In this document: positions 9,844 through 18,057 of the stretch, one piece after another
Position numbering within the stretch: the stretch's first letter is position 1
Layout: every line of letters starts with the position of its first letter
NCBI GenBank assembly: GCA_037146775.1
Contig: JBAWWL010000006.1
Coordinates: 79,120 to 143,119, forward strand
Direction: 5' to 3'
DNA: 64,000 nt
Source of the DNA: Candidatus Omnitrophota bacterium
GTDB taxonomy: Bacteria > Omnitrophota > Gorgyraeia > Duberdicusellales > 4484-171
Program-made: the position numbers and the translations under genes
Notes under the pieces: generated by a model
The model's database searches: none
Seen by the model: the letters and a program-made list of their open reading frames with translations, nothing else
Told to the model about the DNA's origin: nothing

Positions 9844-10492
9844 CTATGTCGCCGATTTTTATAGCATCATCTAACTTAAACGGCCCAACGCTCAACCTTT
9901 TTATTTTAATGATGTGAGCTCCGCAGGTAAGATTTTCGCCGATATCCTCGGCAAGTTTGCGTATATAAGTCCCTTTGGAACAGCGGACATAAAACTCAAC
10001 AAAAGGAAGATCAATCCTCAGTATTTTTAAGTTATGTATATGTATCTTACGCGGCTGTCGCTGCACCACAATACCTTTACGCGCAAGACTGTAAAGACGC
10101 TTGCCCCCTACCCGTATCGCGCTGACCATGGGAGGAACTTGTTCGATCTCACCTTCAAAAGATGCAAAAGCCCGGCGGATCATCTCCTCGTTAATTGCCT
10201 GATAATCGTGTTTCTGGGTGACAGTTCCTTGCGAATCACCGGTCGTAGTAATTTCACCTAACTTAAGCTCCCCCAGGTATTCCTTATCGAAACTGACAAA
10301 TTTAGGAAATAATTTTGTGTATCCGCCAACTAAAATAATCAAAAGGCCTTCAGCTAAAGGATCAAGCGTTCCCGCATGCCCAACTTGTCTTATCCCCAGT
10401 TTTCTTCTCACGCAGTCAACAACATCGTGAGAAGTCATATTGCCTTCTTTGTTAACGAGGAGAATGCCTTCGCTTGTGTTTTTCTGTATCAT
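9812..10492 (-). CDS. truB: tRNA pseudouridine(55) synthase (short form)
   Basis: TSHDVV, GHAGTLDP and CSKGTYIR motifs. Confidence 0.97.
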   Translation of the reverse strand: MIQKNTSEGILLVNKEGNMTSHDVVDCVRRKLGIRQVGHAGTLDPLAEGLLIILVGGYTKLFPKFVSFDKEYLGELKLGEITTTGDSQGTVTQKHDYQAINEEMIRRAFASFEGEIEQVPPMVSAIRVGGKRLYSLARKGIVVQRQPRKIHIHNLKILRIDLPFVEFYVRCSKGTYIRKLAEDIGENLTCGAHIIKIKRLSVGPFKLDDAIKIGDIDESHLRKITL

Positions 10493-10525
10493 ACGTACGT
10501 ATTGTGAAAAAAATATTAAAAAAAA

Positions 10526-11473
10526 TCAGCGCAATCGATTCGTATAACGTTTGACAAAAGAAATTACTTTCTTTTCAACGTGCGGCAAGGTATCTTCGAT
10601 AGTTGTACCACTGGCGCTCCTATGTCCTCCGCCACCGAAAAACTGAGCGATCCTGTTGACATCAACTGTCGGACGCGAACGAAAGTTAACCCTTATTCTG
10701 TTCTTTTCAACCTGTTTAAAAAGGATAAGCACTTCAACATTCTTCAATAATCTCATGATAGAAAAAATTACTTCGGTAAGATCATAGCTTTTTTCCTCCC
10801 ATCGCCCTATTACTGCCCAGCAAATTTTTCGAGAGGAATCGAATTTAAGCGAAGCAATAACCTTCCCAATCAATTTTAAATCTTGGTCTTCGCACAAGCT
10901 GTGCGTATGCTCATAAATCATGCGCGGGCATAAGCCGAAATGCATTAAGTTGGCAACAATGCGATGTGTTTTTTTGGTGGTATTAGTATAAGTAAAGTTT
11001 CCTGTATCGGTAAAAATGCCCGTGTACAGGCAAAGAGCGATATGTTCATCCATGACATTCGCTTTCCTGCAAAGAGTATAAAGCATTTCGCACGCAGAGC
11101 TCGCCTTAGGATCAACCCAGTTAACGTCGCCAAAGAAAGTATTGCTGATATGGTGGTCGATATTTACGATACATCCTACCTGGCTTAGATAATCCTTTAC
11201 TTTACCCGTACGGGAAGAATCGGAACAATCCAAAACCAGCGCTACGTCAAAATGATCTTTTTCAACCGAATTCTTAACGACACGGGAGTAGGGAAGAAAT
11301 TCGTAAATCTCGGGAGTAATGTCGTTATTATAAATTACCGCCTGCTTACCGAGTTTACGCAACAGCCTATACGCAGCCAGCTCCGAACCAAGAGCGTCGC
11401 CCTCGAGGCTTACATGCGCGGTAATCAGAAACCGTTTACCTTGCTGTATTTTCTTTATGACGTCTTTTAGCAT
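10526..11473 (-). CDS. nrnA: DHH/DHHA1 oligoribonuclease/pAp phosphatase
   Basis: GDALGS, NIDHH, DTGNF and GGGGH motifs; rbfA-nrnA-truB context. Confidence 0.88.
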   Translation of the reverse strand: MLKDVIKKIQQGKRFLITAHVSLEGDALGSELAAYRLLRKLGKQAVIYNNDITPEIYEFLPYSRVVKNSVEKDHFDVALVLDCSDSSRTGKVKDYLSQVGCIVNIDHHISNTFFGDVNWVDPKASSACEMLYTLCRKANVMDEHIALCLYTGIFTDTGNFTYTNTTKKTHRIVANLMHFGLCPRMIYEHTHSLCEDQDLKLIGKVIASLKFDSSRKICWAVIGRWEEKSYDLTEVIFSIMRLLKNVEVLILFKQVEKNRIRVNFRSRPTVDVNRIAQFFGGGGHRSASGTTIEDTLPHVEKKVISFVKRYTNRLR

Positions 11474-11476
11474 TGC

Positions 11477-11848
11477 TTAATCTTTAAGGTGTTCTTTACG
11501 CCGTTTGGCATCATCGGCCTTTACTTGCTCTATTTTTTGATACATATCAACACTGTATTTTATCGAATCGTCCGGTATGAAATGGAGTTCCGGCAGAATT
11601 TTTATGCGTATGCTATTGCCCAACCGCATACGGATAAAACCGCCCATTTTATTCAATATATCTTTTGCCTTGTCATACTTAGTGTCATCAAGTAAACTAA
11701 AATATACTTTACTCTCCTTAAGATCGACGGTCGTTTCCACCCTGGTAACAGAAATTATCCCCAAATGAGGGTCATCAACCTCTCCCTGAATTATTTCCAT
11801 AATCCTCTTTTGCAACTCGCTGTTTACCTTTTCCATCCGTAACGACAT
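11477..11848 (-). CDS. rbfA: Ribosome-binding factor A
   Basis: RMEKVNSEL...DP...PELHFIPDDS. Confidence 0.95.
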   Translation of the reverse strand: MSLRMEKVNSELQKRIMEIIQGEVDDPHLGIISVTRVETTVDLKESKVYFSLLDDTKYDKAKDILNKMGGFIRMRLGNSIRIKILPELHFIPDDSIKYSVDMYQKIEQVKADDAKRRKEHLKD

Positions 11849-11914
11849 ATCATTTCTCCGTAGCTATGTTTATATAACGTTTTAAAAAACAGTTAATGCA
11901 CCCGCAGGAAAAGG

Positions 11915-11943
11915 ATTATAGCGTAAACCTCATTACTTATCAA
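11915..11943 (-). promoter_or_regulatory. Sigma70 promoter upstream of rbfA
   Basis: TTGATA-17 bp-TATAAT on the minus strand. Confidence 0.65.
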
Positions 11944-13244
11944 TGATTTACTTTTAACTCCAACGTGCCATGGGTACCAAACAGCCGCACGGCAAGGCCT
12001 TGCGCCGCATTCAACTCTTGCCGGAAAGTAGAAAATCCTTTGTCCAATTTCATATAGAGCAGTTTTTCGAGAATCGTGCCATAAATGGTACAAGGCTTAA
12101 ACCCTAGACGCTTCAGATCTGCCCCCTTAAGCCTTAAGCGCACCTGTACCAATTTAGAAAAAAATAATGCGATGTGTTTTCGTATACGTTTATCGGGATA
12201 ATACGCGTAAAAAAACAGGATACATTCAAAACTAAACGGGTTGAGAAACTGATAAATTTCATGAGGCACTAATCCAGTTCGCAGGCGTTGGATACGTGAA
12301 CGATTTGTATGTGCCGATAATACTCTTATCTTGTCACCCTTATGCAAACCAAACCGTTCCACAAAATGATTGATACTTCCGGAAGAAAGCTTACAGGTAA
12401 TCGCACACAAATATAAGAGCCACTCCTCAAGCTTACGATGTGTATGACAACGTTTAAGATAAAAAATGATTGCCTGTTCGATACGCTGTAAAAGCAACAT
12501 ATCTTGTTTGGTCAATCGCAATTTCTTGTCAATGAACGAAAAAGCGCCCAGTGAATTGATCCGCTTAATATAACGACAAGGTTGCGGTTCCTTCAAGATC
12601 GGGATCAACTCATCACGCAACCGATGAGGGTTCACCCAGCGTAGCGCACCGCGCCGTAAAGCTGTTTGCAAAAGGCACCGTGTCTTTTTCTCGATCGTAA
12701 AAGAAAACCGCTGTTCAAACTTTATGGCGCGCAAAATTCGTGTGGGGTCGTCAAGAAAACTATTTTCATGCAAGACCCGGATAAGACCACGTTTGAGATC
12801 GATCAACCCGTTATGTAAATCGATAAGAGTACCATAATCATCCCTATTGAGGCTTATTGCCATAGCATTGATGGTAAAATCTCGACGCGCAAGGTCGCGC
12901 GACAGTTCTGCCGGTTCGACCGAAGGAAGCGCGCCCGCATGTGCGTACGTTTCTTGACGTGCAGTCGCAAAATCTATCTGATACTGATCATAATATACCG
13001 TAGCGGTACCGAAACTATGATGTTTTTTAAACTGTTTCTTGTGAGTGTGCGCAAAGGCTTGAGCGAACAATATTGCATCTCCTTCGACCACGATATCAAG
13101 ATCAACAATATTTTTTCCGAGGATCAGATCCCGCACCACCCCCCCCACAAGATACACGCGGATTCCGGCGGAATCAGAAAGCCTAGAAATGTTTTTTAAA
13201 ATAGAAGAGAAATCTTTTGACAATATTCGTAATTTATTTTTCAT
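11940..13244 (-). CDS. Class II tRNA nucleotidyltransferase, probable A-adding type
   Basis: VGGVVRD, DLD, intact loop DFATARQETYAHAGALP, RRDFTINA and DDPTRILR. Confidence 0.85.
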   Translation of the reverse strand: MKNKLRILSKDFSSILKNISRLSDSAGIRVYLVGGVVRDLILGKNIVDLDIVVEGDAILFAQAFAHTHKKQFKKHHSFGTATVYYDQYQIDFATARQETYAHAGALPSVEPAELSRDLARRDFTINAMAISLNRDDYGTLIDLHNGLIDLKRGLIRVLHENSFLDDPTRILRAIKFEQRFSFTIEKKTRCLLQTALRRGALRWVNPHRLRDELIPILKEPQPCRYIKRINSLGAFSFIDKKLRLTKQDMLLLQRIEQAIIFYLKRCHTHRKLEEWLLYLCAITCKLSSGSINHFVERFGLHKGDKIRVLSAHTNRSRIQRLRTGLVPHEIYQFLNPFSFECILFFYAYYPDKRIRKHIALFFSKLVQVRLRLKGADLKRLGFKPCTIYGTILEKLLYMKLDKGFSTFRQELNAAQGLAVRLFGTHGTLELKVNH

Positions 13245-13248
13245 ATTA

Positions 13249-14136
13249 CTATTTTGCGCGAGGATGAAACTTTCCGTGTATTTCTTTCAGCCGCGACTGG
13301 TTGATGTGGGTATAAATTTGCGTTGTCGTAATACTGGTGTGGCCCAGCATTTCTTGAACGCTGCGTAAATCCGCCCCCCGTTCCAAAAGGTGCGTAGCGA
13401 AAGAGTGGCGAAGCGTATGCGGACTGACTTTCTTCTTTACCCCCGCCTCATGCACCGCCTTTTTAATCATTTTCCAAATACTCTGTCGCGAAAGCCTATG
13501 GCCGCCTTGAGCCAAAAATAAATATATTGCCGCCTTTCTTCCCAACAACTTCCCTCGCGAGGCCTCAAGATATGTGTGCAAAAAACCTTGCGCGATTTTT
13601 CCCAGAGGAACAATCCGTTCCTTAGAACCTTTGCCCTTACATTTGAGAAAACCTAAATCAAGATTTAGGTCGGAAAGCTTAAGAAATGAAGCTTCGGAAA
13701 CACGCAAACCCGTCGCATACATCAATTCCAGTATCGCCCTATCTCGCAACCCCTGGGCATTCCGCTTATTTTTCACCTTTAAAATTCTATTTACTTCTTC
13801 ACAGCTCAAAAAAGAAGGGATCTTTTTCTCTACCTTGAGCGCTTCAAGAAAATCTGCCGGATTTGAGGTGGTAATTTTTTCCCGTACCAAAAAACGGTGA
13901 AAATTCTTAACTGTAGAAAGTATACGTGAAATACTTATTACTGATATTTTATTGCGCAGAAAAAATAAAAAGCCGCCGATATCTTTCGATGTGATTTTGG
14001 CTGGTTCGACAATCCCCTGTTCTCGTAAGTAAGCGGTATATTTCTTTAAATCCTGTTGATAAGAAAGTATTGAATTCTGTGATAGCCCTTTCTCAACTTT
14101 TAGATAATCGTTGAATGCTTCGCAATAAATTTCCAT
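13249..14136 (-). CDS. xerD: Site-specific tyrosine recombinase XerD
   Basis: YATGLRVSE, KGSKER, HTLRHSFATH, LGH...TTQIY and C-terminal HPRA; 295 aa with no IntI-type insertion. Confidence 0.9.
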   Translation of the reverse strand: MEIYCEAFNDYLKVEKGLSQNSILSYQQDLKKYTAYLREQGIVEPAKITSKDIGGFLFFLRNKISVISISRILSTVKNFHRFLVREKITTSNPADFLEALKVEKKIPSFLSCEEVNRILKVKNKRNAQGLRDRAILELMYATGLRVSEASFLKLSDLNLDLGFLKCKGKGSKERIVPLGKIAQGFLHTYLEASRGKLLGRKAAIYLFLAQGGHRLSRQSIWKMIKKAVHEAGVKKKVSPHTLRHSFATHLLERGADLRSVQEMLGHTSITTTQIYTHINQSRLKEIHGKFHPRAK

Positions 14137-14763
14137 TTATACCAAAAACGGATTCGTCTCCTGCTCTTTCTTAACGGTTGTCGCAGGGCCGTGGCCGGGA
14201 TACACAATCGTCGCGGGAGGCAAGGTAAGTATTTTTTCTTTTATGGAGGTAACGAGCGTATCCTGCGAGCCGAGGGGAACGTCGGTTCTGCCTATTGAAT
14301 GAGAAAAAAGCGTATCGCCGCTGAAAACCCACCCCCCCAACAACAAAGAAATAGATCCTGGCGTATGACCGGGCGTGTGCAGCACCGAAATCGTATGAGA
14401 GCCGAAAGATAAAACTCCCCCCTCATCTATCGGCAATGGCTTCTTGCAGACGCTCAATGGCGCAGAAAAATACGAGGAACCATTGAGCCGCATATCTTCC
14501 AAAAAAGGCATATCGGCCGGATGAAGGTAACATTTCTGGGTAAATGCATCAAGCGAGGCAATATGGTCAAAATGACCGTGAGTAATAACGAGGAACAGAA
14601 TATCTAATTGTTCTTTGCGGATAAATTCCTGAACCGGTTCGCTTTCACTGGGAGCATCGACAACAAATCCTTTTTTGCTTTCCTTTTCAAAAATAACATA
14701 ACAGTTATTGTAAAGAGCCCCCAGAACAAATGTTTTTAAGCTTATATCTTGCATGCGCAACAA
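14137..14763 (-). CDS. MBL-fold metallo-hydrolase (glyoxalase II-like)
   Basis: THGHFDH, HTPGHTPGS, GDTLF and PGHG motifs. Confidence 0.92.
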   Translation of the reverse strand: MLRMQDISLKTFVLGALYNNCYVIFEKESKKGFVVDAPSESEPVQEFIRKEQLDILFLVITHGHFDHIASLDAFTQKCYLHPADMPFLEDMRLNGSSYFSAPLSVCKKPLPIDEGGVLSFGSHTISVLHTPGHTPGSISLLLGGWVFSGDTLFSHSIGRTDVPLGSQDTLVTSIKEKILTLPPATIVYPGHGPATTVKKEQETNPFLV

Positions 14764-14921
14764 GTGTTTGATTGTTATGTAAGCCGCTACGATGCGTTGT
14801 GAAGCGTTCCGGTAATAGAAGACCCCATAGGCATACCTTTTTAGCAGTATCTCTGTCTACCGATAGACATGCCTAGACGTGGCCTTTTGCAAAGGCGGAT
14901 AAACGCGAAACTGTACCGCGC

Positions 14922-15416
14922 TTACTCCATCCATTTCTGTGCATCGGTATAATTAAACTCTGCCTCAAACTTTCTCTGAAAATGCTCAATTCTCTGTATA
15001 AGCACGTTACGCTCGACGCTGCTCATGTTTGGATCTCGCGTAATCGCCTCTCTTACCTTGGTTAAATCCTGATAAAGCGGATAGATCTTTTCTTTACCCT
15101 GCTGATTATAAAACATTGTTATTTGTTCCAGGTTCATAACTGCCTCATTAATCGCGCGCTTATCCCGTTTCATGCTGTATCCTTTCTGCAACGATTCGTT
15201 CAACTCTTCAAGCCATCCCCTGACAAAAAGATAATAATCAATATATGCCTCCCGCGATGGCTTATTGGGATAGTTCTTAAAATCAACGTATACTGGCGCT
15301 TTTTCTTCAAACTTTTTCTTGCGTACAAACTTCTTACGCAGAGTATAACAGCCACTGGTCAAAAAAAGCGCCATAATAAGTAACCAGAACACGCCTTTCT
15401 TCATATTTGCAATCAT
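14922..15416 (-). CDS. Hypothetical lipoprotein
   Basis: Lipobox LTSGC after a hydrophobic stretch; likely start MKKG. Confidence 0.7.
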   Translation of the reverse strand: MIANMKKGVFWLLIMALFLTSGCYTLRKKFVRKKKFEEKAPVYVDFKNYPNKPSREAYIDYYLFVRGWLEELNESLQKGYSMKRDKRAINEAVMNLEQITMFYNQQGKEKIYPLYQDLTKVREAITRDPNMSSVERNVLIQRIEHFQRKFEAEFNYTDAQKWME

Positions 15417-15509
15417 TTATCTACCGCCTATACTTCATCCGCATAACCGGGGAAATTGTTTATGTTGATGTAATTATACCACGCAAGCCTAAAAAAGCTA
15501 TATAAACCT

Positions 15510-16256
15510 TCAATATTTTACCTTCATCAGATAGAGCCCGCAGGCCGGAGCAGGTTTATTGTGATAGTGTCTTTTCCTTTCTAAGACACTCAGCGCCTCG
15601 TCGACGGTAATTCTCCCCTCGCCTATGGCTACCAGAAAAGAAACAATATTTCTGGCCATATTCCTTAAAAATCCATTCGCTTCTATATCGACATGAACTA
15701 AACTCCCCTTTTTACGTAAAGTGATAGCCTTGATGCACCGAGTACAATCATTATAACTTCTCTCTTCTTTAGCAAAAAGAGAAAAATCTTTTTTTCCCAT
15801 AAGCTCACGCGCCACTCGACGCATTGCGACCAGATCAAGGACCCGTGGCCTATGCCAGGCAAAATTCTCCCAGAACACACTTGCGTCTTCACGATTCAAG
15901 ATAATATAGCGGTATATTTTTGATTTTGCCCAAAAACGCGCATGAAAATCTGCCGGAACTATTTTTACGCTTTTAACCCTTATATCTTGCGGCAAAAATG
16001 CGTTCAAGCCGCTTTTGATATTTCTTAAAGGGATTTGCGAGTCTATCTTAAAATTTATTGCCTGCCCCCCAGCATGCACCCCCCGATCAGTTCTGGAAGC
16101 GTAAGTAATTCTGATTTTTTTCTTATATAGCTTAAACAGCGCCCCCTCGAGGGCTTCTTGAACACTATTTTCTTTGATATCTTTTTTATTTTGCAGCTGA
16201 AAACCAAAATAATTGGTGCCAAGATATTCGATTTTGAGAAAAATATTTTTTAGCAT
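15510..16256 (-). CDS. truA: tRNA pseudouridine(38-40) synthase
   Basis: YFGFQ, SRTDRGVHA, FHARF and GFLRNMAR motifs. Confidence 0.96.
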   Translation of the reverse strand: MLKNIFLKIEYLGTNYFGFQLQNKKDIKENSVQEALEGALFKLYKKKIRITYASRTDRGVHAGGQAINFKIDSQIPLRNIKSGLNAFLPQDIRVKSVKIVPADFHARFWAKSKIYRYIILNREDASVFWENFAWHRPRVLDLVAMRRVARELMGKKDFSLFAKEERSYNDCTRCIKAITLRKKGSLVHVDIEANGFLRNMARNIVSFLVAIGEGRITVDEALSVLERKRHYHNKPAPACGLYLMKVKY

Positions 16257-16366
16257 ATCGTTTTCTATCTATATCTTTATATTTTCGAAGGCAATCGAAC
16301 GGATTCCGGGTAACACTTATACTCTATAATATCTGCATATTCTTATACAATTCTGTGTTTTTTGAT

Positions 16367-16394
16367 ATTATAGATATAATACTGAATACTGCAA
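16367..16394 (-). promoter_or_regulatory. Putative promoter for truA
   Basis: TTGCAG-16 bp-TATAAT on the minus strand. Confidence 0.45.
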
Positions 16395-16403
16395 GATTTT
16401 TTC

Positions 16404-16432
16404 TTTACAATGCAATATAACCGTGCTATAAA
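16404..16432 (+). promoter_or_regulatory. Putative Pc-like promoter facing the cassette array
   Basis: TTTACA-17 bp-TATAAA with extended -10 TG. Confidence 0.6.
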
Positions 16433-16453
16433 TCGAGAATGGATAATAAACTT

Positions 16454-16634
16454 ACATAAGAACCCAATCCAGTGGACTGTATCCACGGCTTTGGATTGGA
16501 CTCTTTAGGCAGTCGAACCTTCTAAATATCGAGAACAAATTCTACGATTTTTTCCCGAAAAGGTTCGACATAATTCGACTATAGATTTTTTCTTCGAAAA
16601 ATGCAAGTCTCATTAGCTGATTTTTGTGTTAGAT
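16454..16634 (+). repeat. attC site 1 (degenerate R'' ACATAAG, intact R' GTTAGAT)
   Basis: Near-identical to 17227-17406; ends ...GCTGATTTTTGTGTTAGAT. Confidence 0.8.
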
Positions 16635-16657
16635 TGAAAAAATAAAAGGAAAACCCT

Positions 16658-17218
16658 ATGTTGAAAGCAAAAATAATCTTAGTGTTTACTTTATCGCTGA
16701 TTTTGTTTCCCACATTTACCTGCCATTCTCAAGATGCAGCCGAGTTAACTGATCCTGCTTCGGATGGAATATATAAAATGGGGCCTGCCACAGTTAAATT
16801 TATCCCGCCGCCGGGATGGAAACGTAAGACAAATGCAGATCCAGCAATTGGAATAATTCATCGAGTTGAATTTGCTCATCCCTCCGATGAATTGACAACT
16901 ATTCAAATCGAAATTCAATCGCCAACCCCTTACGCTAACTTCGGTGAGGAAGAAGCCTTAAACCGTTTAATGGAGCAATCTTTGGGAATGTCCCCGCAGA
17001 AAATAACCTTTGCCGGCCAAAAGGCTATATCAAGCGTATCGGAAAGCTTTGGATCCAAGATAAAAATGATTTATTTTGTAAAAGGTAATGCCCTTTTCTA
17101 TATTATAATCACTCCCAGCAAAAATGAAGAATTTGATAAACTATTAGCTGTCGCTGATGAGTGCTTAAAAAGTTTTGAAATAATTTCCATAGAGACATCA
17201 AACAATAACAGCCTTTAA
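16658..17218 (+). CDS. Gene cassette 1: secreted hypothetical protein, PsbP/DcrB-like pattern
   Basis: Signal peptide, PPGWK, C-terminal LKSFEI; bounded by attC sites. Confidence 0.75.
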   Translation: MLKAKIILVFTLSLILFPTFTCHSQDAAELTDPASDGIYKMGPATVKFIPPPGWKRKTNADPAIGIIHRVEFAHPSDELTTIQIEIQSPTPYANFGEEEALNRLMEQSLGMSPQKITFAGQKAISSVSESFGSKIKMIYFVKGNALFYIIITPSKNEEFDKLLAVADECLKSFEIISIETSNNNSL

Positions 17219-17226
17219 AATAGACT

Positions 17227-17406
17227 GTCTAACAACCCAATCCAACGGACTGTACTCACGGCTTTGGATTGGACTCTTTAGGCAGTCGAACCTTCTAAAT
17301 ATCGGGAAAAATTCTACGATTTTTTCCCGAAAAGGTTCGACATAATTCGCTATAGATTTTTTCTTCGAAAAAATCTAAGTCTCATTAGCTGATTTTTGTG
17401 TTAGAA
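17227..17406 (+). repeat. attC site 2 (complete, 180 bp)
   Basis: R'' GTCTAAC, L'' AATCCAAC opposite L' GCTGATT with one extrahelical base, R' GTTAGAA. Confidence 0.88.
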
Positions 17407-17430
17407 ATAATAAAAAATAAATTAGTACTA

Positions 17431-17459
17431 TTGACAAAACGTACGCAATATGGTACGCT
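17431..17459 (+). promoter_or_regulatory. TA cassette promoter with overlapping operator
   Basis: TTGACA-17 bp-TACGCT; inverted repeat CGTAC(17440-44)...GTACG(17453-57). Confidence 0.8.
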
Positions 17460-17478
17460 TTAGTAGAGGTGATCTAAA

Positions 17479-17721
17479 ATGACAACATTAAGCGCTACTC
17501 AAGCAAGGAACCGGCTATATAAATTGTTAGATGCTACCGCTTTATCCCATGAACCTATCCAAATTACCGGCAAACGCCACAATGCTATTTTAATTGCCGA
17601 AGATGATTGGCGTTCAATCAAGGAAACATTATATTTGCTCTCCATTCCGGGAATGAGGAAATCTATCCAAAAAGGATTGAAAACTCCTGTTTCAAAATGC
17701 GCTAAATCTCTTAAATGGTGA
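17479..17721 (+). CDS. yefM: Phd/YefM family antitoxin
   Basis: MTTLSATQARNRLYKLLD...ETLYLLSIPGM; overlaps the toxin gene. Confidence 0.92.
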   Translation: MTTLSATQARNRLYKLLDATALSHEPIQITGKRHNAILIAEDDWRSIKETLYLLSIPGMRKSIQKGLKTPVSKCAKSLKW

Positions 17722-17981
17722 ATTGGCAATTAGTCTACACTAAGCAGGCGCAAAAAGACGCTAAAAAGCTCGCTACCGTTGGTCTGCAGCTAAAAGCACA
17801 GGAACTCCTTTTAATCTTACAAAAAAATCCTTTTCAAACTCCTCCCCCATTTGAAAAATTAGTTGGTGATTTGGCTAGAGCTTACTCACGTAGAATAAAT
17901 ATTCAGCATCGGCTTGTATACCAAGTCATTAAAGAATTACGAACTGTAAAAATCATCCGGATGTGGACGCATTATGAATAA
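17715..17981 (+). CDS. yoeB: Txe/YoeB family toxin
   Basis: PPFEKLVGDL, YSRRINIQHRLVY and C-terminal WTHYE. Confidence 0.93.
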   Translation: MVNWQLVYTKQAQKDAKKLATVGLQLKAQELLLILQKNPFQTPPPFEKLVGDLARAYSRRINIQHRLVYQVIKELRTVKIIRMWTHYE

Positions 17982-17986
17982 ATTAG

Positions 17987-18046
17987 TTTCTAACAAGTCA
18001 ATCCAGCGGACTGTACTCGCGGCTTTGGGTTGAACTCTTTAGGCAG
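17987..18046 (+). repeat. attC site 3, 5' part only (truncated near the asd 3' end)
   Basis: TTTCTAACAAGTCAATCCAGCGGACTGTAC...CTCTTTAGGCAG matches the first ~60 bp of sites 1 and 2, then similarity stops. Confidence 0.8.
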
Positions 18047-18057
18047 GTACAATCCTG

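Larger units (their letters stand above)
16454..18046 (+). mobile_element. Integron cassette array without integrase (CALIN): 3 attC-type sites, 2 cassettes
   Basis: Three homologous repeats separate the only plus-strand genes; R''/R' cores of each cassette are complementary; no intI nearby. Confidence 0.88.

Noticed and set aside
13249-14136. Tyrosine recombinase as the integron integrase for the nearby array
   Set aside because: Typical XerD length and motifs, no IntI-specific insertion before the HxLRH box, and three unrelated genes separate it from the array.
14764-14921. Structured-looking intergenic region as a riboswitch or sRNA
   Set aside because: Only short hairpins (GTCTAC/TAGAC, GCCTTT/AAAGGC); no recognisable family consensus.
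16454-18046. Three repeats read as a CRISPR array, ncRNA copies or IS ends
   Set aside because: Repeats are ~180 bp, separated by whole genes, have attC cores, and there are no cas or transposase genes.
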